Below, one piece after another: positions 1 through 9,623 of a DNA stretch of 64,000 nt. The stretch covers positions 44,146 to 108,145 of the forward strand of contig JAFCGI010000003.1 in assembly GCA_017608235.1 (NCBI GenBank), given 5' to 3'. Within the stretch, counting starts at the first letter, position 1, and each line of letters begins with the position of its first letter. The DNA is from Candidatus Pacearchaeota archaeon. Its GTDB lineage: Archaea; Nanobdellota; Nanobdellia; UBA10117; JAFCGI01. Below the pieces are notes generated by a model. The model was not told the origin of the DNA. It did not search any database and saw only the letters and a list, made by a program, of their open reading frames with translations. The position numbers and the translations under genes are program-made.

Positions 1-161
1 AATTTTCTATACATGTTAAAGCATACTCAGATGAAAATCCAGATAACTTTTGTAGAGAAGAAATAAAAACCATAGACATCCATAAAAACACTCATGATGT
101 AATTATTGATGAATTCTTAATCAGACCCTCCAGTAGTATAGAATGTGGAAGATATGTTGAA

Positions 162-1064
162 ATGTGCGCAATACTAAAAAACATAGGAAATCATGATGAA
201 TCAGACATAACAGTTACCTTTGAAAATCCAAATCTAGGCATATCTGAAACCACAGAAACATTCAATCTAGACACAGATGAATCTGAATCTAGTTGTACTA
301 ATATATTAATCCCTACAAATGCAGCTCAGGGAAATTACTTGATAAAAGCAACTATGAAGTTTGCTAACAAGGAAGACTCTGTTTTTAAGAACATTTCAGT
401 CTCAGGAACTTGTTCTTCAACCCAAACCCAAACTCCACAACTACCAGAACCAGAAACCAAACCTATAACCACAGAGATAATGTCTTCAAAAGAGCTAATA
501 CTTACTGCTAGTACAGAGAATCTAGTATTCAAAGCTGAAAAAGAAACAAAAATTCCAATATTTATAACAAATAATGCTCCCATAACCAAAACATATAGTA
601 TAGATGTTAATACTTCTGGTTGGGCATTCACTAGAGTTGAGCCATCAGAACTAATTCTACCTCCAGGCTTTACTCTAGACTTTATTGCTTATATAATTCC
701 AAGCAAACAAGCAGAAGAAGGACTACAATCTATTAATATAGAAATAATCTCAAACAACCAAATAGTTGCAACACAAACATTAGCTATAGATCTTAAAGAC
801 GCTACCCCTTCAAAAAATCAAATAACTGGCTCTGGCCAAGTTGAAATAATCAGCACAGGACATGAAGATCTTAACATATATAATCCAGAACCTACTATAA
901 AATTAATTAGTGTAGCACTTGGAATCATATTCCTTTTTATAATATATTTCTTTTCAAATATAAACAATGCAGAAGCTGTAAGAAAAGCACTCAGTAAAAA
1001 ATCTCTAAGAAAAATCACAAAGAAAATCAAAAAAAAGTCTAAAAAAAAGCGCAAGAAAGCATAG
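162..1064 (+). CDS. Hypothetical cell-surface protein with a C-terminal TM helix and a Lys-rich cytoplasmic tail
   Basis: 300-aa ORF rich in Thr, Ser, Asn and Ile. Hydrophobic segment LISVALGIIFLFIIYFF is followed by KKSKKKRKKA. Same architecture as the surface-protein genes that follow. No recognisable catalytic motif. Confidence 0.45.
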   Translation: MCAILKNIGNHDESDITVTFENPNLGISETTETFNLDTDESESSCTNILIPTNAAQGNYLIKATMKFANKEDSVFKNISVSGTCSSTQTQTPQLPEPETKPITTEIMSSKELILTASTENLVFKAEKETKIPIFITNNAPITKTYSIDVNTSGWAFTRVEPSELILPPGFTLDFIAYIIPSKQAEEGLQSINIEIISNNQIVATQTLAIDLKDATPSKNQITGSGQVEIISTGHEDLNIYNPEPTIKLISVALGIIFLFIIYFFSNINNAEAVRKALSKKSLRKITKKIKKKSKKKRKKA

Positions 1065-1274
1065 TTTTTTAGATTTTTTAGTTTTTTTTATGTTTCTCAA
1101 TTGTTTACTCTAGACTATAGTAATTATTAGAAAGTAATGAAATCAAAAGTTTTTTATATATTAATGAAGTTTGCAGAAACTATTTCAAAACTCCAAAGTA
1201 ACAAAAAATCAAAAACTTTAAAAACATGTCGTTACTTTCGAGAAACTAACCAATATTTTGAGGTGAAATATGAA

Positions 1275-2225
1275 ATGTCAAATGAAAATAGAATTCCAAC
1301 TAGGAGTCAATTAAATAAAGCAAAGAAAGACCAACTAATTAATTGGTGTACTAAGTATAACTTGCCAACAAACGGAACTGTGAAAGACCTAATATTAAGA
1401 CTACGTGAATACTATGGATATGACACAAATACTGAAATACAAACTACAACTGATAATGAACAACCAGAACAATCACCTCAAAAAACATATGGTCAAACAC
1501 AAATAAATAATAGGGGAGATAATGAAATGGAAGAAGAACAAGATAATTTAGAAGCTAAACTAGGTAGAGGTGCAAGACTAAAAAACTGGATTGCAAATAA
1601 ATTTAGTGTATACAAAGATCCAGGAGTAAGTAAATGGAAAAAAGCAGCATATACAGCATATGGAATTGGTACTGTAGCATTGATTGGTGTACTTGTAAAT
1701 GAACTTTTCAAGTATGGTAATACTGCTATATTCGGTGGAATGCAAGAAGTACCACATGATGAAGTTACAATGTCCACAGAAAAAACAAGCGCAATCTATA
1801 CAAATGCTGATACAGGTCTAAAATACTCAGAACCTGCTGAAGGAAGATTTGAAACACCTTATGAAAGTGCATACTTTAACAACCATCCAAACACTGAATT
1901 AGGTCTTGGAGATACAGGTTCAAATGGAGAACTAATACGTCCAGAAGATGGTACTTATGACTACACACTTGGTGGAGCTACTAAAGAAGTAACTCTATAT
2001 GAAACAGAAAACCACCAATTATATGCAGAAAAACCAATGACTCCAATTACAGGTGAAGAAAGAGCATGGGCTGGACTATATAGTTTTGGTGCAGGTATTG
2101 CTGCAGTAGCTACAGCTTATGGACCAATTAGAATAGCAAAAAGTCTTTGGAATTATGGTAAAGCATACAAAGCTCAAAGAGCAGCAGCTAAAAATGCACT
2201 TGAAGAAACAGTAAAAGAGGAATAA
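1275..2225 (+). CDS. Hypothetical membrane protein with an N-terminal SAP-like DNA-binding motif
   Basis: The ORF track starts at 1137. I prefer the ATG at 1275, preceded by GAGGTGA. It gives an N-terminal SAP-like helix-loop-helix, LNKAKKDQLINWCTKYNLPTNGTVKDLILRLREYY, and one TM segment AAYTAYGIGTVALIGVLV. Confidence 0.4.
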   Translation: MSNENRIPTRSQLNKAKKDQLINWCTKYNLPTNGTVKDLILRLREYYGYDTNTEIQTTTDNEQPEQSPQKTYGQTQINNRGDNEMEEEQDNLEAKLGRGARLKNWIANKFSVYKDPGVSKWKKAAYTAYGIGTVALIGVLVNELFKYGNTAIFGGMQEVPHDEVTMSTEKTSAIYTNADTGLKYSEPAEGRFETPYESAYFNNHPNTELGLGDTGSNGELIRPEDGTYDYTLGGATKEVTLYETENHQLYAEKPMTPITGEERAWAGLYSFGAGIAAVATAYGPIRIAKSLWNYGKAYKAQRAAAKNALEETVKEE

Positions 2226-2260
2226 AGTCCTTTTTTACTTTATTTTTAAATGACAACCTT

Positions 2261-2266
2261 GGAGGT
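2261..2266 (+). promoter_or_regulatory. Shine-Dalgarno GGAGGT for the surface-protein gene
   Basis: GGAGGT lies 7 nt upstream of the ATG at 2274. The same hexamer recurs at 4443..4448 before the next surface-protein gene. Confidence 0.5.
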
Positions 2267-2273
2267 AGTAAAA

Positions 2274-3992
2274 ATGAATAAAAAAATAATCGTTTTCGCA
2301 TTGATCTTTGCACTTTTAGGTTCAATGCTTCCAGCAGCAAGTCTGGCAGTAGTGAACACAGGTCTATGTGATGAAGACGATGTATATATTGGAGATGACT
2401 CCTCAGATTTAGCAAAATCTCAGAAAAATGAAGGATATTACTGTGTACTTATCGCTGGTGGATATACTGCATGGAGAAATCTAGAAAATTCAAATCATGG
2501 AAACTTTGACTGGGATGAAGATGGAGTATCTGATAGAGCTGAATATGAAGCTGGATCAAACCCTGCAATAGCAGGAACCAGAAGTAATAGCAATACAGAT
2601 AATACAAACAATGAAAATACAGAAAGAATAGTAATTCCAGTTGATCAAGAATGTATAAAGGGAGACAACTCTTATGTAGATTATGGATATTACTGTGTAC
2701 AAGATGAAACTACAGGAATCTATATGTGGAAATGGCTAGCAGGAAAATATTATGGAGGCTATGATTATGATGGTGATAGAGTTTCCAATAAGGATGAAAT
2801 TCTAGCTGGAACTAACCCATTAGATGCTGAAGATACACCTATTATTATAACAACATCTTGTAGTACTGATGCATATCTAAAAATCAAAGATTTTGAAATA
2901 TCTAGTGATGATTTATATCCATTAGATGAAGTTGATGTAGAAGTTAAAACAAAGAACACCTACAGAGACGAAGATGGATATGCAGATTTAGATGATGTTG
3001 TATTAGTAGTATGGTTACATGATATAACAGATGATGAATCTATTGTAGAAGAAGATATAGAATTTGATATGGATAGATCTGAAACTATAACAAAAAAACT
3101 AACAATACAAGTTCCAGCAGATATTGATGAAACCCATAAATATAAGATATATGCAAAGGTTTATGACTCAAACACAGAAGATGTTACTCAATGTGCTATT
3201 AAATCAGATAATGTAGACATCAGAAGAAACAAGCATGAAATAAGAGTAGAAGACTTCGAAATTGAGCCAGAAAATGTAATTTGTGGTGGAACATCAACAT
3301 TAACACTAGATGTTGTAAATATTGGAAGATACGATGAAGAAGATGTCATTGTAACAATAAAGAGCGAAGAACTAGGAATTGATATAGCTGCTAGTACATT
3401 TGATCTTGATAGAGGAGATACAGAAAAAGATCTTGTATTTGCACTAGACATTCCAGCTATCGCAGAAAACAAGGAATACATAATTGATGTATTAATTGAG
3501 AATGAAGACATCAAAATAACAGAACAAATAATTGTTCCAGTATCCTGTGAGCCATTTAATGGAAATCTAGATAATACAATCTTAGATGCACCATTAACTG
3601 TAAATATGGCTAAAGGGGAAATAAACACAATACAAATTGCACTACAGAACATGAGAGAAAAGCCAGGAACTTACTCTGTTGAAGTAAGTAATATAAGTGA
3701 ATGGGCAGATATAAGCATCGAACCAAAATCACAAGTATTACAACCTGGACAAAAAGGAACATACTACATATACATAACACCAACAGCTGCTTCAGAGCAT
3801 AACTTTAAGATATATGCAAGAGCAGATGGTGAAGTTGTAGATGTACACTCTGTAACTGCAGTCATTGGAGAACCAGGATTCAAGATTCCAGGTATAGAAG
3901 AAATTCCAATGGAAGCAATATTTATTGGTGGAATTGTAATATTGATTCTGTTAATAACTGGAGTAGCAATCCTAGCTAGGAGAATATCCTAA
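2274..3992 (+). CDS. Secreted, C-terminally membrane-anchored surface protein
   Basis: Signal peptide MNKKIIVFALIFALLGSMLPAASLA. Acidic Ca-binding-like DxDxDG stretches. CARDB-like segment DVVNIGRYDEEDVIVTIKSEELG. C-terminal TM FIGGIVILILLITGVAILARRIS. Start chosen after the SD; the track ORF begins at 2250. Confidence 0.55.
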   Translation: MNKKIIVFALIFALLGSMLPAASLAVVNTGLCDEDDVYIGDDSSDLAKSQKNEGYYCVLIAGGYTAWRNLENSNHGNFDWDEDGVSDRAEYEAGSNPAIAGTRSNSNTDNTNNENTERIVIPVDQECIKGDNSYVDYGYYCVQDETTGIYMWKWLAGKYYGGYDYDGDRVSNKDEILAGTNPLDAEDTPIIITTSCSTDAYLKIKDFEISSDDLYPLDEVDVEVKTKNTYRDEDGYADLDDVVLVVWLHDITDDESIVEEDIEFDMDRSETITKKLTIQVPADIDETHKYKIYAKVYDSNTEDVTQCAIKSDNVDIRRNKHEIRVEDFEIEPENVICGGTSTLTLDVVNIGRYDEEDVIVTIKSEELGIDIAASTFDLDRGDTEKDLVFALDIPAIAENKEYIIDVLIENEDIKITEQIIVPVSCEPFNGNLDNTILDAPLTVNMAKGEINTIQIALQNMREKPGTYSVEVSNISEWADISIEPKSQVLQPGQKGTYYIYITPTAASEHNFKIYARADGEVVDVHSVTAVIGEPGFKIPGIEEIPMEAIFIGGIVILILLITGVAILARRIS

Positions 3993-4024
3993 GCTTTTTT
4001 CTTTCTTTATTTTATTCTTATTTC

Positions 4025-4068
4025 TAAAATCATAACAACTAAAATCATAACAACTAAAATCATAATAA
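4025..4068. repeat. Tandem 15-bp repeat AAAATCATAACAACT, about 2.6 copies
   Basis: Direct reading of the intergenic region after the surface-protein gene. Confidence 0.8.
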
Positions 4069-4179
4069 ATTTTATAATATCTAATAATTATAATATCATA
4101 TAATATCACTATAATAGAATATTTTTATAAAATCATAATAAGATATTTTTATAAACCACAAATTAGCTTATATTATTAT

Positions 4180-4252
4180 GGGGTCATAGCACAATCAGGC
4201 ACTGCGGCCGGCTCCAGACCGGCTGATCTGGGTTCAAATCCCAGTGACCCCA
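4180..4252 (+). tRNA. tRNA-Trp (anticodon CCA), no intron
   Basis: Manual cloverleaf. Acceptor GGGGTCA pairs with TGACCCC. U8. Anticodon stem GCCGG/CCGGC with loop CUCCAGA. T-arm CTGGG-TTCAAAT-CCCAG. Discriminator A. GC-rich island in AT-rich DNA. Confidence 0.8.
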
Positions 4253-4442
4253 CTCTTACTTTCTAGTTTATAATAATTAATAAAAAGGCAGAAATCCTTA
4301 TTTTTAAAAATTAACTCTTCCGCAATGTAAAATAAGTGTCAGCATTGATAAGGAAGGGCTACGCATAGCTATTTTGGAGTAACAAAAACCGAAAACTATT
4401 TATAGCTTTCATTACTAAAAAGTGTTATCCAACTAATGCTTT

Positions 4443-4448
4443 GGAGGT
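4443..4448 (+). promoter_or_regulatory. Shine-Dalgarno GGAGGT
   Basis: GGAGGT lies 7 nt upstream of the ATG at 4456. Confidence 0.5.
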
Positions 4449-4455
4449 ATTAAAC

Positions 4456-5730
4456 ATGAAACAAGGGTTAACTAAAATACTTTTAAGTATACTAAGTATA
4501 TTTCTGATAACTGGATTAACCTTACCAATTACTTCTACCTCTGTTCTAGCTAACAATGAAGATGTTAGCGAATTTGGAATTGAAGTAGCATATAATCCAG
4601 ATCTAGAAAAATTAAATCCAGGCGATCATATAAATATGGAAATTGAGATTGAAAAAGGAGATGTATCTTATGACAAGCTGCATCACTCAAAATTCATTGC
4701 TTGGATTGAAGATGAAGACGGAAAGGATCTAACAGATGAAGCTCAAGTAGGAACATTTACATTAAGAAATGAAGCAGAAGATAAAATAGAAACTATATCT
4801 TTAACAATTCCAAAAGATATAGATACAAGCAAGGAATATATATTAATTATAAATCTAGAAGCAGATGAGCTAGATGAACCAGTTGAAATAGACAGACAAG
4901 TATTATCTATCGAAAAAGAAGATTATAGCCTAATAATTGATGAAGCAAATCTAAGACAATCTGGTGAAAATGCTATTACTGCTGAAATAAAGGTCACAAA
5001 CAATGGTAACGAGGATCAAGAAAATATTATGATTAAAGTATCATCTGCAGATTTAAATATTGTTGAAACTTATGGACCTCTTACATTAGAAGCAGACGAA
5101 ACTAATATGAGATATTATGGCATAAATCTGCCAAAAGATATAGAATTAGGAACTCATAAGGTTTCTATTAAAGTATACAGCAACGATGCATATGATATAG
5201 TTACTAGAGAAGTAAGAATTTCTAACTATAATTCAATATCTACATATGATAGTGATGGCATAGCAAACGCAGATGCAAAATATATCACTGCTCAAAAGAA
5301 TGCAAAAAATATATTTTCTATAGAAGTAACAAACAAAGAATCTAATATAAGAACTATTGGATTTGAAGTAGCAGGTACAAATGCATGGGCAGATGTAAGC
5401 ATCGATGGACCAGTTACACTAGATGCTGGAGAAACCAGAAAATTAGATCTTCAAATAATTCCAAATTCAGATGCAACAGGATCTAATCCATTAACAATTT
5501 ACATAAAAGAAAATGGAGAAATCATAGATTCTATAACATATAATGTAGAAATCACTGGTGCTGCAAATGCAGAACTACCAGATCTAGGACTTACATTAGA
5601 TGAAGCAACAATAACTTCAGGCTTAAAATGGCTGTTTGGCGTATTAATTGTTATAGCAGTTATTTTGTTATCTGTCTGGATGTGGAAGAATAATGAAGAA
5701 AAAGATAAAGGAGAGCAAGTTTACTACTAA
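4456..5730 (+). CDS. Secreted surface protein with a C-terminal TM anchor
   Basis: Signal peptide MKQGLTKILLSILSIFLITGLTLPITSTSVLA. Ig/CARDB-like repeated modules (VTNNGNEDQENIMIKV, EVTNKESNIRTIGFEV). C-terminal TM LFGVLIVIAVILLSVWMW. The track ORF uses a TTG at 4441. Confidence 0.55.
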   Translation: MKQGLTKILLSILSIFLITGLTLPITSTSVLANNEDVSEFGIEVAYNPDLEKLNPGDHINMEIEIEKGDVSYDKLHHSKFIAWIEDEDGKDLTDEAQVGTFTLRNEAEDKIETISLTIPKDIDTSKEYILIINLEADELDEPVEIDRQVLSIEKEDYSLIIDEANLRQSGENAITAEIKVTNNGNEDQENIMIKVSSADLNIVETYGPLTLEADETNMRYYGINLPKDIELGTHKVSIKVYSNDAYDIVTREVRISNYNSISTYDSDGIANADAKYITAQKNAKNIFSIEVTNKESNIRTIGFEVAGTNAWADVSIDGPVTLDAGETRKLDLQIIPNSDATGSNPLTIYIKENGEIIDSITYNVEITGAANAELPDLGLTLDEATITSGLKWLFGVLIVIAVILLSVWMWKNNEEKDKGEQVYY

Positions 5731-5804
5731 TTGCTCTTTTTCTTTTTAATTTATTTTTTAATTATCTTATAATATAGTAATCAAAAATCAACAATAATTT
5801 GGAA

Positions 5805-8800
5805 ATGGCCGCTAAAAAAGGACATCTAAGCAGCATAGTTTTTTTTATATTAACTATATTTTTAGCTCCTTTTTTATCACATACTGCATATGCCTTTGAG
5901 GCAGTTTCTGATGACATTAGTACATATACTTGTCCCAGTAATACTAACATATTCATAATATCTGTTAAAAATGCAGATGTATCAGATAGTTACACCGTAA
6001 CATTGTCTGGAAGTGCAGCAAAATGGGCCGTAGCAGCTCCCTCAGGTTTCGTTTTAGGTCCACAAAAATCAAAGGATATATATGTTTATATAACTCCAAG
6101 CAGCCTTGCACTTCCAGGCACTTATGATCTTATAATAACAATAAATGCTGAAAATTCTGGAACAAAACAAATAAATCACAAAATATATGTTAATGATTGC
6201 CATAAAATATCATTAACATCAGTACAATCCTATATTAAGACATGTGCTTGCACGCTTTCTAGTTTTGATCTAAATTTAGCAAATAATGGTCAATATAGAG
6301 AATTATATGATCTTTCTTTATCAGGAAGCGGTGCAAAATGGGCTAGTCTATCTCAAGAAGTAACCATGATAGACAAGGGCGAAGATAAAGATCTAAAATT
6401 ATATGTTGCAGCTCCTTGTGATAAAAAAGGTAAATACGATATAAATGTAATCGCAAAATCAAGAGATAGCAATACATTCGCAAATAAAAACCTTGAATTT
6501 GAAATAGAACCTTGTTATAATTATGAAGCAGTTCCTGCAGTAAATTTCTATGAATTCTGTGAACATTCCCAAGTTAAGATTCCTATAGATATTAAAAATA
6601 CTGGAGTTAGAAATAATACATTCAAATTAAGCCTAACTGGACCTGCTTGGTCTGCACTAGAAAAATCATCTCTTGATCTTCTCCCAGATCAACAAAACCA
6701 ATCAAAGCTAATATTATTTCCAGATTATGGAGTTCAAGGAAACTATAAACTTGTTGTTAATATAGAAGATGAGCTTACTAAAAACAAAAAATCTCTTCCT
6801 ATAGACATTAAAGTAAAGAAATGTCATGATATTGATCTAGAAATCGGAACTACAGAAGATATTCTTTGCCCTGGCTCAGAAGAAATCTATGAATTAAGTC
6901 TAGAAAATAAGGGAGAATTTAATGATGAATATATTTTATCAGTAGACGGAGCAAGTTGGGTAAAATTAGAAAAAACATTAGTAAGTCTTGATGCTGGTAA
7001 CACTGAAAAAATAAATCTTATTGCAAATCCTAGTACAATCGACATTCCTGCAGACTATAATTTAGATATTTTTGCTAGATCTAAACACTCTCCTTTGATA
7101 TATGATCATGTACCATTAGACATAACTCTAAAATCTAATCTAAATTGTTTTGGAGTTGAACTATCTGCACAACAAAATAAAATAGAAGTTCCATATGGAG
7201 AAGGATCACTGATTCCCATAACCATTCAAAATAAAGGACAAGAAGAAAAAGAATTTCTATTAGATATTTCTGGAAACGGTGCTAGTTATGTACAACTAAA
7301 CCCATCAACCATTAAGATAAAACCAGAAAAACTAGAAACAGTCCACGCCTATATAGCAGTTCCAAAAGAAGCATTACTTGGAGAATATAAAGTAACTATA
7401 ACTGCAAGAACCAAAGATAATTATCTATCAAGCTCAGACTCAATCCAAATAAAAGTAATTGAACCACAAAAGTCAACCCAGACAGATAATACTACACAAG
7501 AAAAACCATCAAATTCTTTTTTAGTATCATTAATTTCATCTTTTAGCAAACTAGGAAATAAAATATCGGGTTTCTTTGCAGGAATTTTCACAAGCGAACC
7601 ACAAATCCCAGACACAGAAGAACCTAAAGAAACTTCATCAGAAAAATCTGAAGCTTCTGAGCAAGAACAAAAACAAGAAACAATTGAACTTGAAACTCAA
7701 ATTCTTGAAGAACAACAATCAGAAGAAAAAGAACCTGAAGAACAAGAATCAGAAATCACTGAGCCAGAAGTTCAAGAACAAGAGCCAAAAATAACAGAAG
7801 AGCTAAACAACACTGAACAAGAGCAAGAAAAGGTAAATGAATCAGAATCTATAGAACCTGAAGTTAACAAATCAGAATTAATAGAGCCTGAAGTTAACAA
7901 ATCAGAGACCTATAAGTCAGAAGCAAATGAATTAGAATCTATAGAACCAAAAGCAAATAATACAGAGCAGCAAAAAATAAATGAAACCAAAACAGAACAA
8001 CCAGATACTAATAAATCAAAATCTCAAGAACCAGAAGAACCAGAAGAACCAGAAGAACCTCAAGAACCAGAAGAACCAGAAGAACCAGAAGAACCAGAAG
8101 AACCAGAAGAACAAAAATCTGAAGAGAAAGAACCAGAGCCAATAATAGAAGTAAAAGAAGAATTTATTGAGTTATCAGAATTTACAAAGTCAACATATCA
8201 TATAGAAGGAAGCACTACAAAATTTATATATAATGATCAAGAACATACAGCAACTCTAGACACTGTAGATGAAACATCTATTATATTAATTATAGAATCT
8301 GATCCAATCTATCTAGACATGGATGTTGGAGATACAAAACAAGTAGATCTTGATAATGATAGCATAAATGATCTTGAAGTAACTCTAAGAGGCATAAAAG
8401 ATGGAGTTGCAGATGTTTCTTATAAAAAATTAGTCCCTATATCAGATACAGAAGAATCTCAGAAATCTCAAGAATCAGAAAAAGAGCCAATGAATAATAA
8501 TCCAGCATTCTTAGCAATTACAGGAATGTTTGCAAATATAGGAACATCAGCTAACAATGTATATAATACTATATTATCAAATAATTTCATAGATGAATAC
8601 AAATACTTTATTTTAGCAGCTATAATAATCTTGATTGGAATTATACTTATTAATCTATATAGTAGAAAATTCACAGACTATCTTGAAGAAGAGTTTGATG
8701 ATCAACTTGAATCAAAGGAAAAACCAAAAAAGATTAAACCTAAACCTAAATCTAAGGTACCAAAAGAAAAGAAATCTTTTTGGACAAAATTTAATGATTT

Positions 8801-9578
8801 CTTAGAGGATGAAGAAGCTAGAGAAAGGAAACAGAAAGAAGAACAAGAAGAAATTAAAAGAAAAATACAAAAAGATCTGGAAGAATCAAGAATAAAAAAA
8901 GAAGCTGCTAAAGAACCAGCTCAAGAAAACATAGAAGAATCAGAAAGCAAAGTAGAAGAAAACATAGAAGAATCAGAAAGCAAAGTAGAAGTAATTAAAG
9001 AATTAAAAGAAGTTAAAGAATTAGAAAAAACTAAGGAAATCCTTGAAGAAAAACCAAAAGAATTTGAATCAGAACCAAATATTATTGATAGTTCTGAAGA
9101 ACCAATTAAGGAAAAACCAAAACCTGAGGAAAAACAAGAACAAACACAAGAAGAAAAACAAGAACAAAAACAAGAACAAACACAAGAAGAAAAACAAGAA
9201 GAAAAACAAGAACCAATATCTGAGATTAAAGAAAAAAAGAAAAGTTTTTGGCAAAAGTTTAATGAGTTCTTAGAAGAGCCAGAAGATCAAGAACAAGCAT
9301 CCCAAGAACCAGAAAAACCAAAACCTGAAGAGAAAAAAGAACCAGAAAAACCAGAACAATTCAAAGAAGAAAAAGAAGACAGAATTATGACAAACATTCC
9401 TGAGGAAATCACTCAAGAACCAGAAAAACCAATAGAAGAGCAGAAACAAGAACCAGAAAAAACAGAATTAGCTAAGAAACCAAAAGAAAAGAAATCTTTT
9501 TGGAAAAAGTTCAATGATTTCCTAGAAGAATCTCCAGAACCTGAAGAGTCAAAGTATAAAGAGGAAAAGAAAGATTAA
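5805..9578 (+). CDS. Giant (1258-aa) surface protein with repeated about 110-aa Cys-pair modules, TM segments, an acidic E/P/K/Q low-complexity tract and a triplicated KKSFWxKFNDFLEE motif
   Basis: Signal peptide IVFFILTIFLAPFLSHTAYA. Six or more similar modules (…LSGSAAKWA…, …LSGSGAKWAS…, …LTGPAWSAL…, …VDGASWVKL…, …ISGNGASYVQL…). EPEEPEEPEEP-rich tract encoded by GAACCAGAA DNA repeats at 8030..8112. TM YFILAAIIILIGIILINLY. A C-terminal charged tail holds three copies of KEKKSFW(T/Q/K)KFN(D/E)FLEE. The track ORF starts at TTG 5799. Confidence 0.55.
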   Translation: MAAKKGHLSSIVFFILTIFLAPFLSHTAYAFEAVSDDISTYTCPSNTNIFIISVKNADVSDSYTVTLSGSAAKWAVAAPSGFVLGPQKSKDIYVYITPSSLALPGTYDLIITINAENSGTKQINHKIYVNDCHKISLTSVQSYIKTCACTLSSFDLNLANNGQYRELYDLSLSGSGAKWASLSQEVTMIDKGEDKDLKLYVAAPCDKKGKYDINVIAKSRDSNTFANKNLEFEIEPCYNYEAVPAVNFYEFCEHSQVKIPIDIKNTGVRNNTFKLSLTGPAWSALEKSSLDLLPDQQNQSKLILFPDYGVQGNYKLVVNIEDELTKNKKSLPIDIKVKKCHDIDLEIGTTEDILCPGSEEIYELSLENKGEFNDEYILSVDGASWVKLEKTLVSLDAGNTEKINLIANPSTIDIPADYNLDIFARSKHSPLIYDHVPLDITLKSNLNCFGVELSAQQNKIEVPYGEGSLIPITIQNKGQEEKEFLLDISGNGASYVQLNPSTIKIKPEKLETVHAYIAVPKEALLGEYKVTITARTKDNYLSSSDSIQIKVIEPQKSTQTDNTTQEKPSNSFLVSLISSFSKLGNKISGFFAGIFTSEPQIPDTEEPKETSSEKSEASEQEQKQETIELETQILEEQQSEEKEPEEQESEITEPEVQEQEPKITEELNNTEQEQEKVNESESIEPEVNKSELIEPEVNKSETYKSEANELESIEPKANNTEQQKINETKTEQPDTNKSKSQEPEEPEEPEEPQEPEEPEEPEEPEEPEEQKSEEKEPEPIIEVKEEFIELSEFTKSTYHIEGSTTKFIYNDQEHTATLDTVDETSIILIIESDPIYLDMDVGDTKQVDLDNDSINDLEVTLRGIKDGVADVSYKKLVPISDTEESQKSQESEKEPMNNNPAFLAITGMFANIGTSANNVYNTILSNNFIDEYKYFILAAIIILIGIILINLYSRKFTDYLEEEFDDQLESKEKPKKIKPKPKSKVPKEKKSFWTKFNDFLEDEEARERKQKEEQEEIKRKIQKDLEESRIKKEAAKEPAQENIEESESKVEENIEESESKVEVIKELKEVKELEKTKEILEEKPKEFESEPNIIDSSEEPIKEKPKPEEKQEQTQEEKQEQKQEQTQEEKQEEKQEPISEIKEKKKSFWQKFNEFLEEPEDQEQASQEPEKPKPEEKKEPEKPEQFKEEKEDRIMTNIPEEITQEPEKPIEEQKQEPEKTELAKKPKEKKSFWKKFNDFLEESPEPEESKYKEEKKD

Positions 9579-9584
9579 CCCAGC

Positions 9585-9603
9585 GAACTCACTATATGAG
9601 TTC
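9585..9603. terminator. Hairpin GAACTCA-ctata-TGAGTTC between convergent genes
   Basis: Perfect 7-bp inverted repeat lying 7 nt after the stop of the giant surface gene. Confidence 0.3.
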
Positions 9604-9623
9604 TCGTTATTCCTTCAGAAATA

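Noticed and set aside
335-3652. Antisense ORFs 335..631, 818..1054, 1493..1777, 2765..2959 and 3188..3652
   Set aside because: Embedded antisense in longer, motif-bearing surface-protein ORFs. Ser/Ile/Phe-rich composition is typical of AT-rich antisense frames.
7576-7794. 72-aa ORF MQEFSQANHKSQ…
   Set aside because: Alternative frame of the acidic repeat tract inside 5805..9578.
9043-9273. ORFs 9043..9273 (+) and 9069..9254 (-) (KNKNKHKKKN… / FLFFFLFFF…)
   Set aside because: Out-of-frame and antisense translations of the low-complexity GAA/AAG-rich tail of the giant surface gene.
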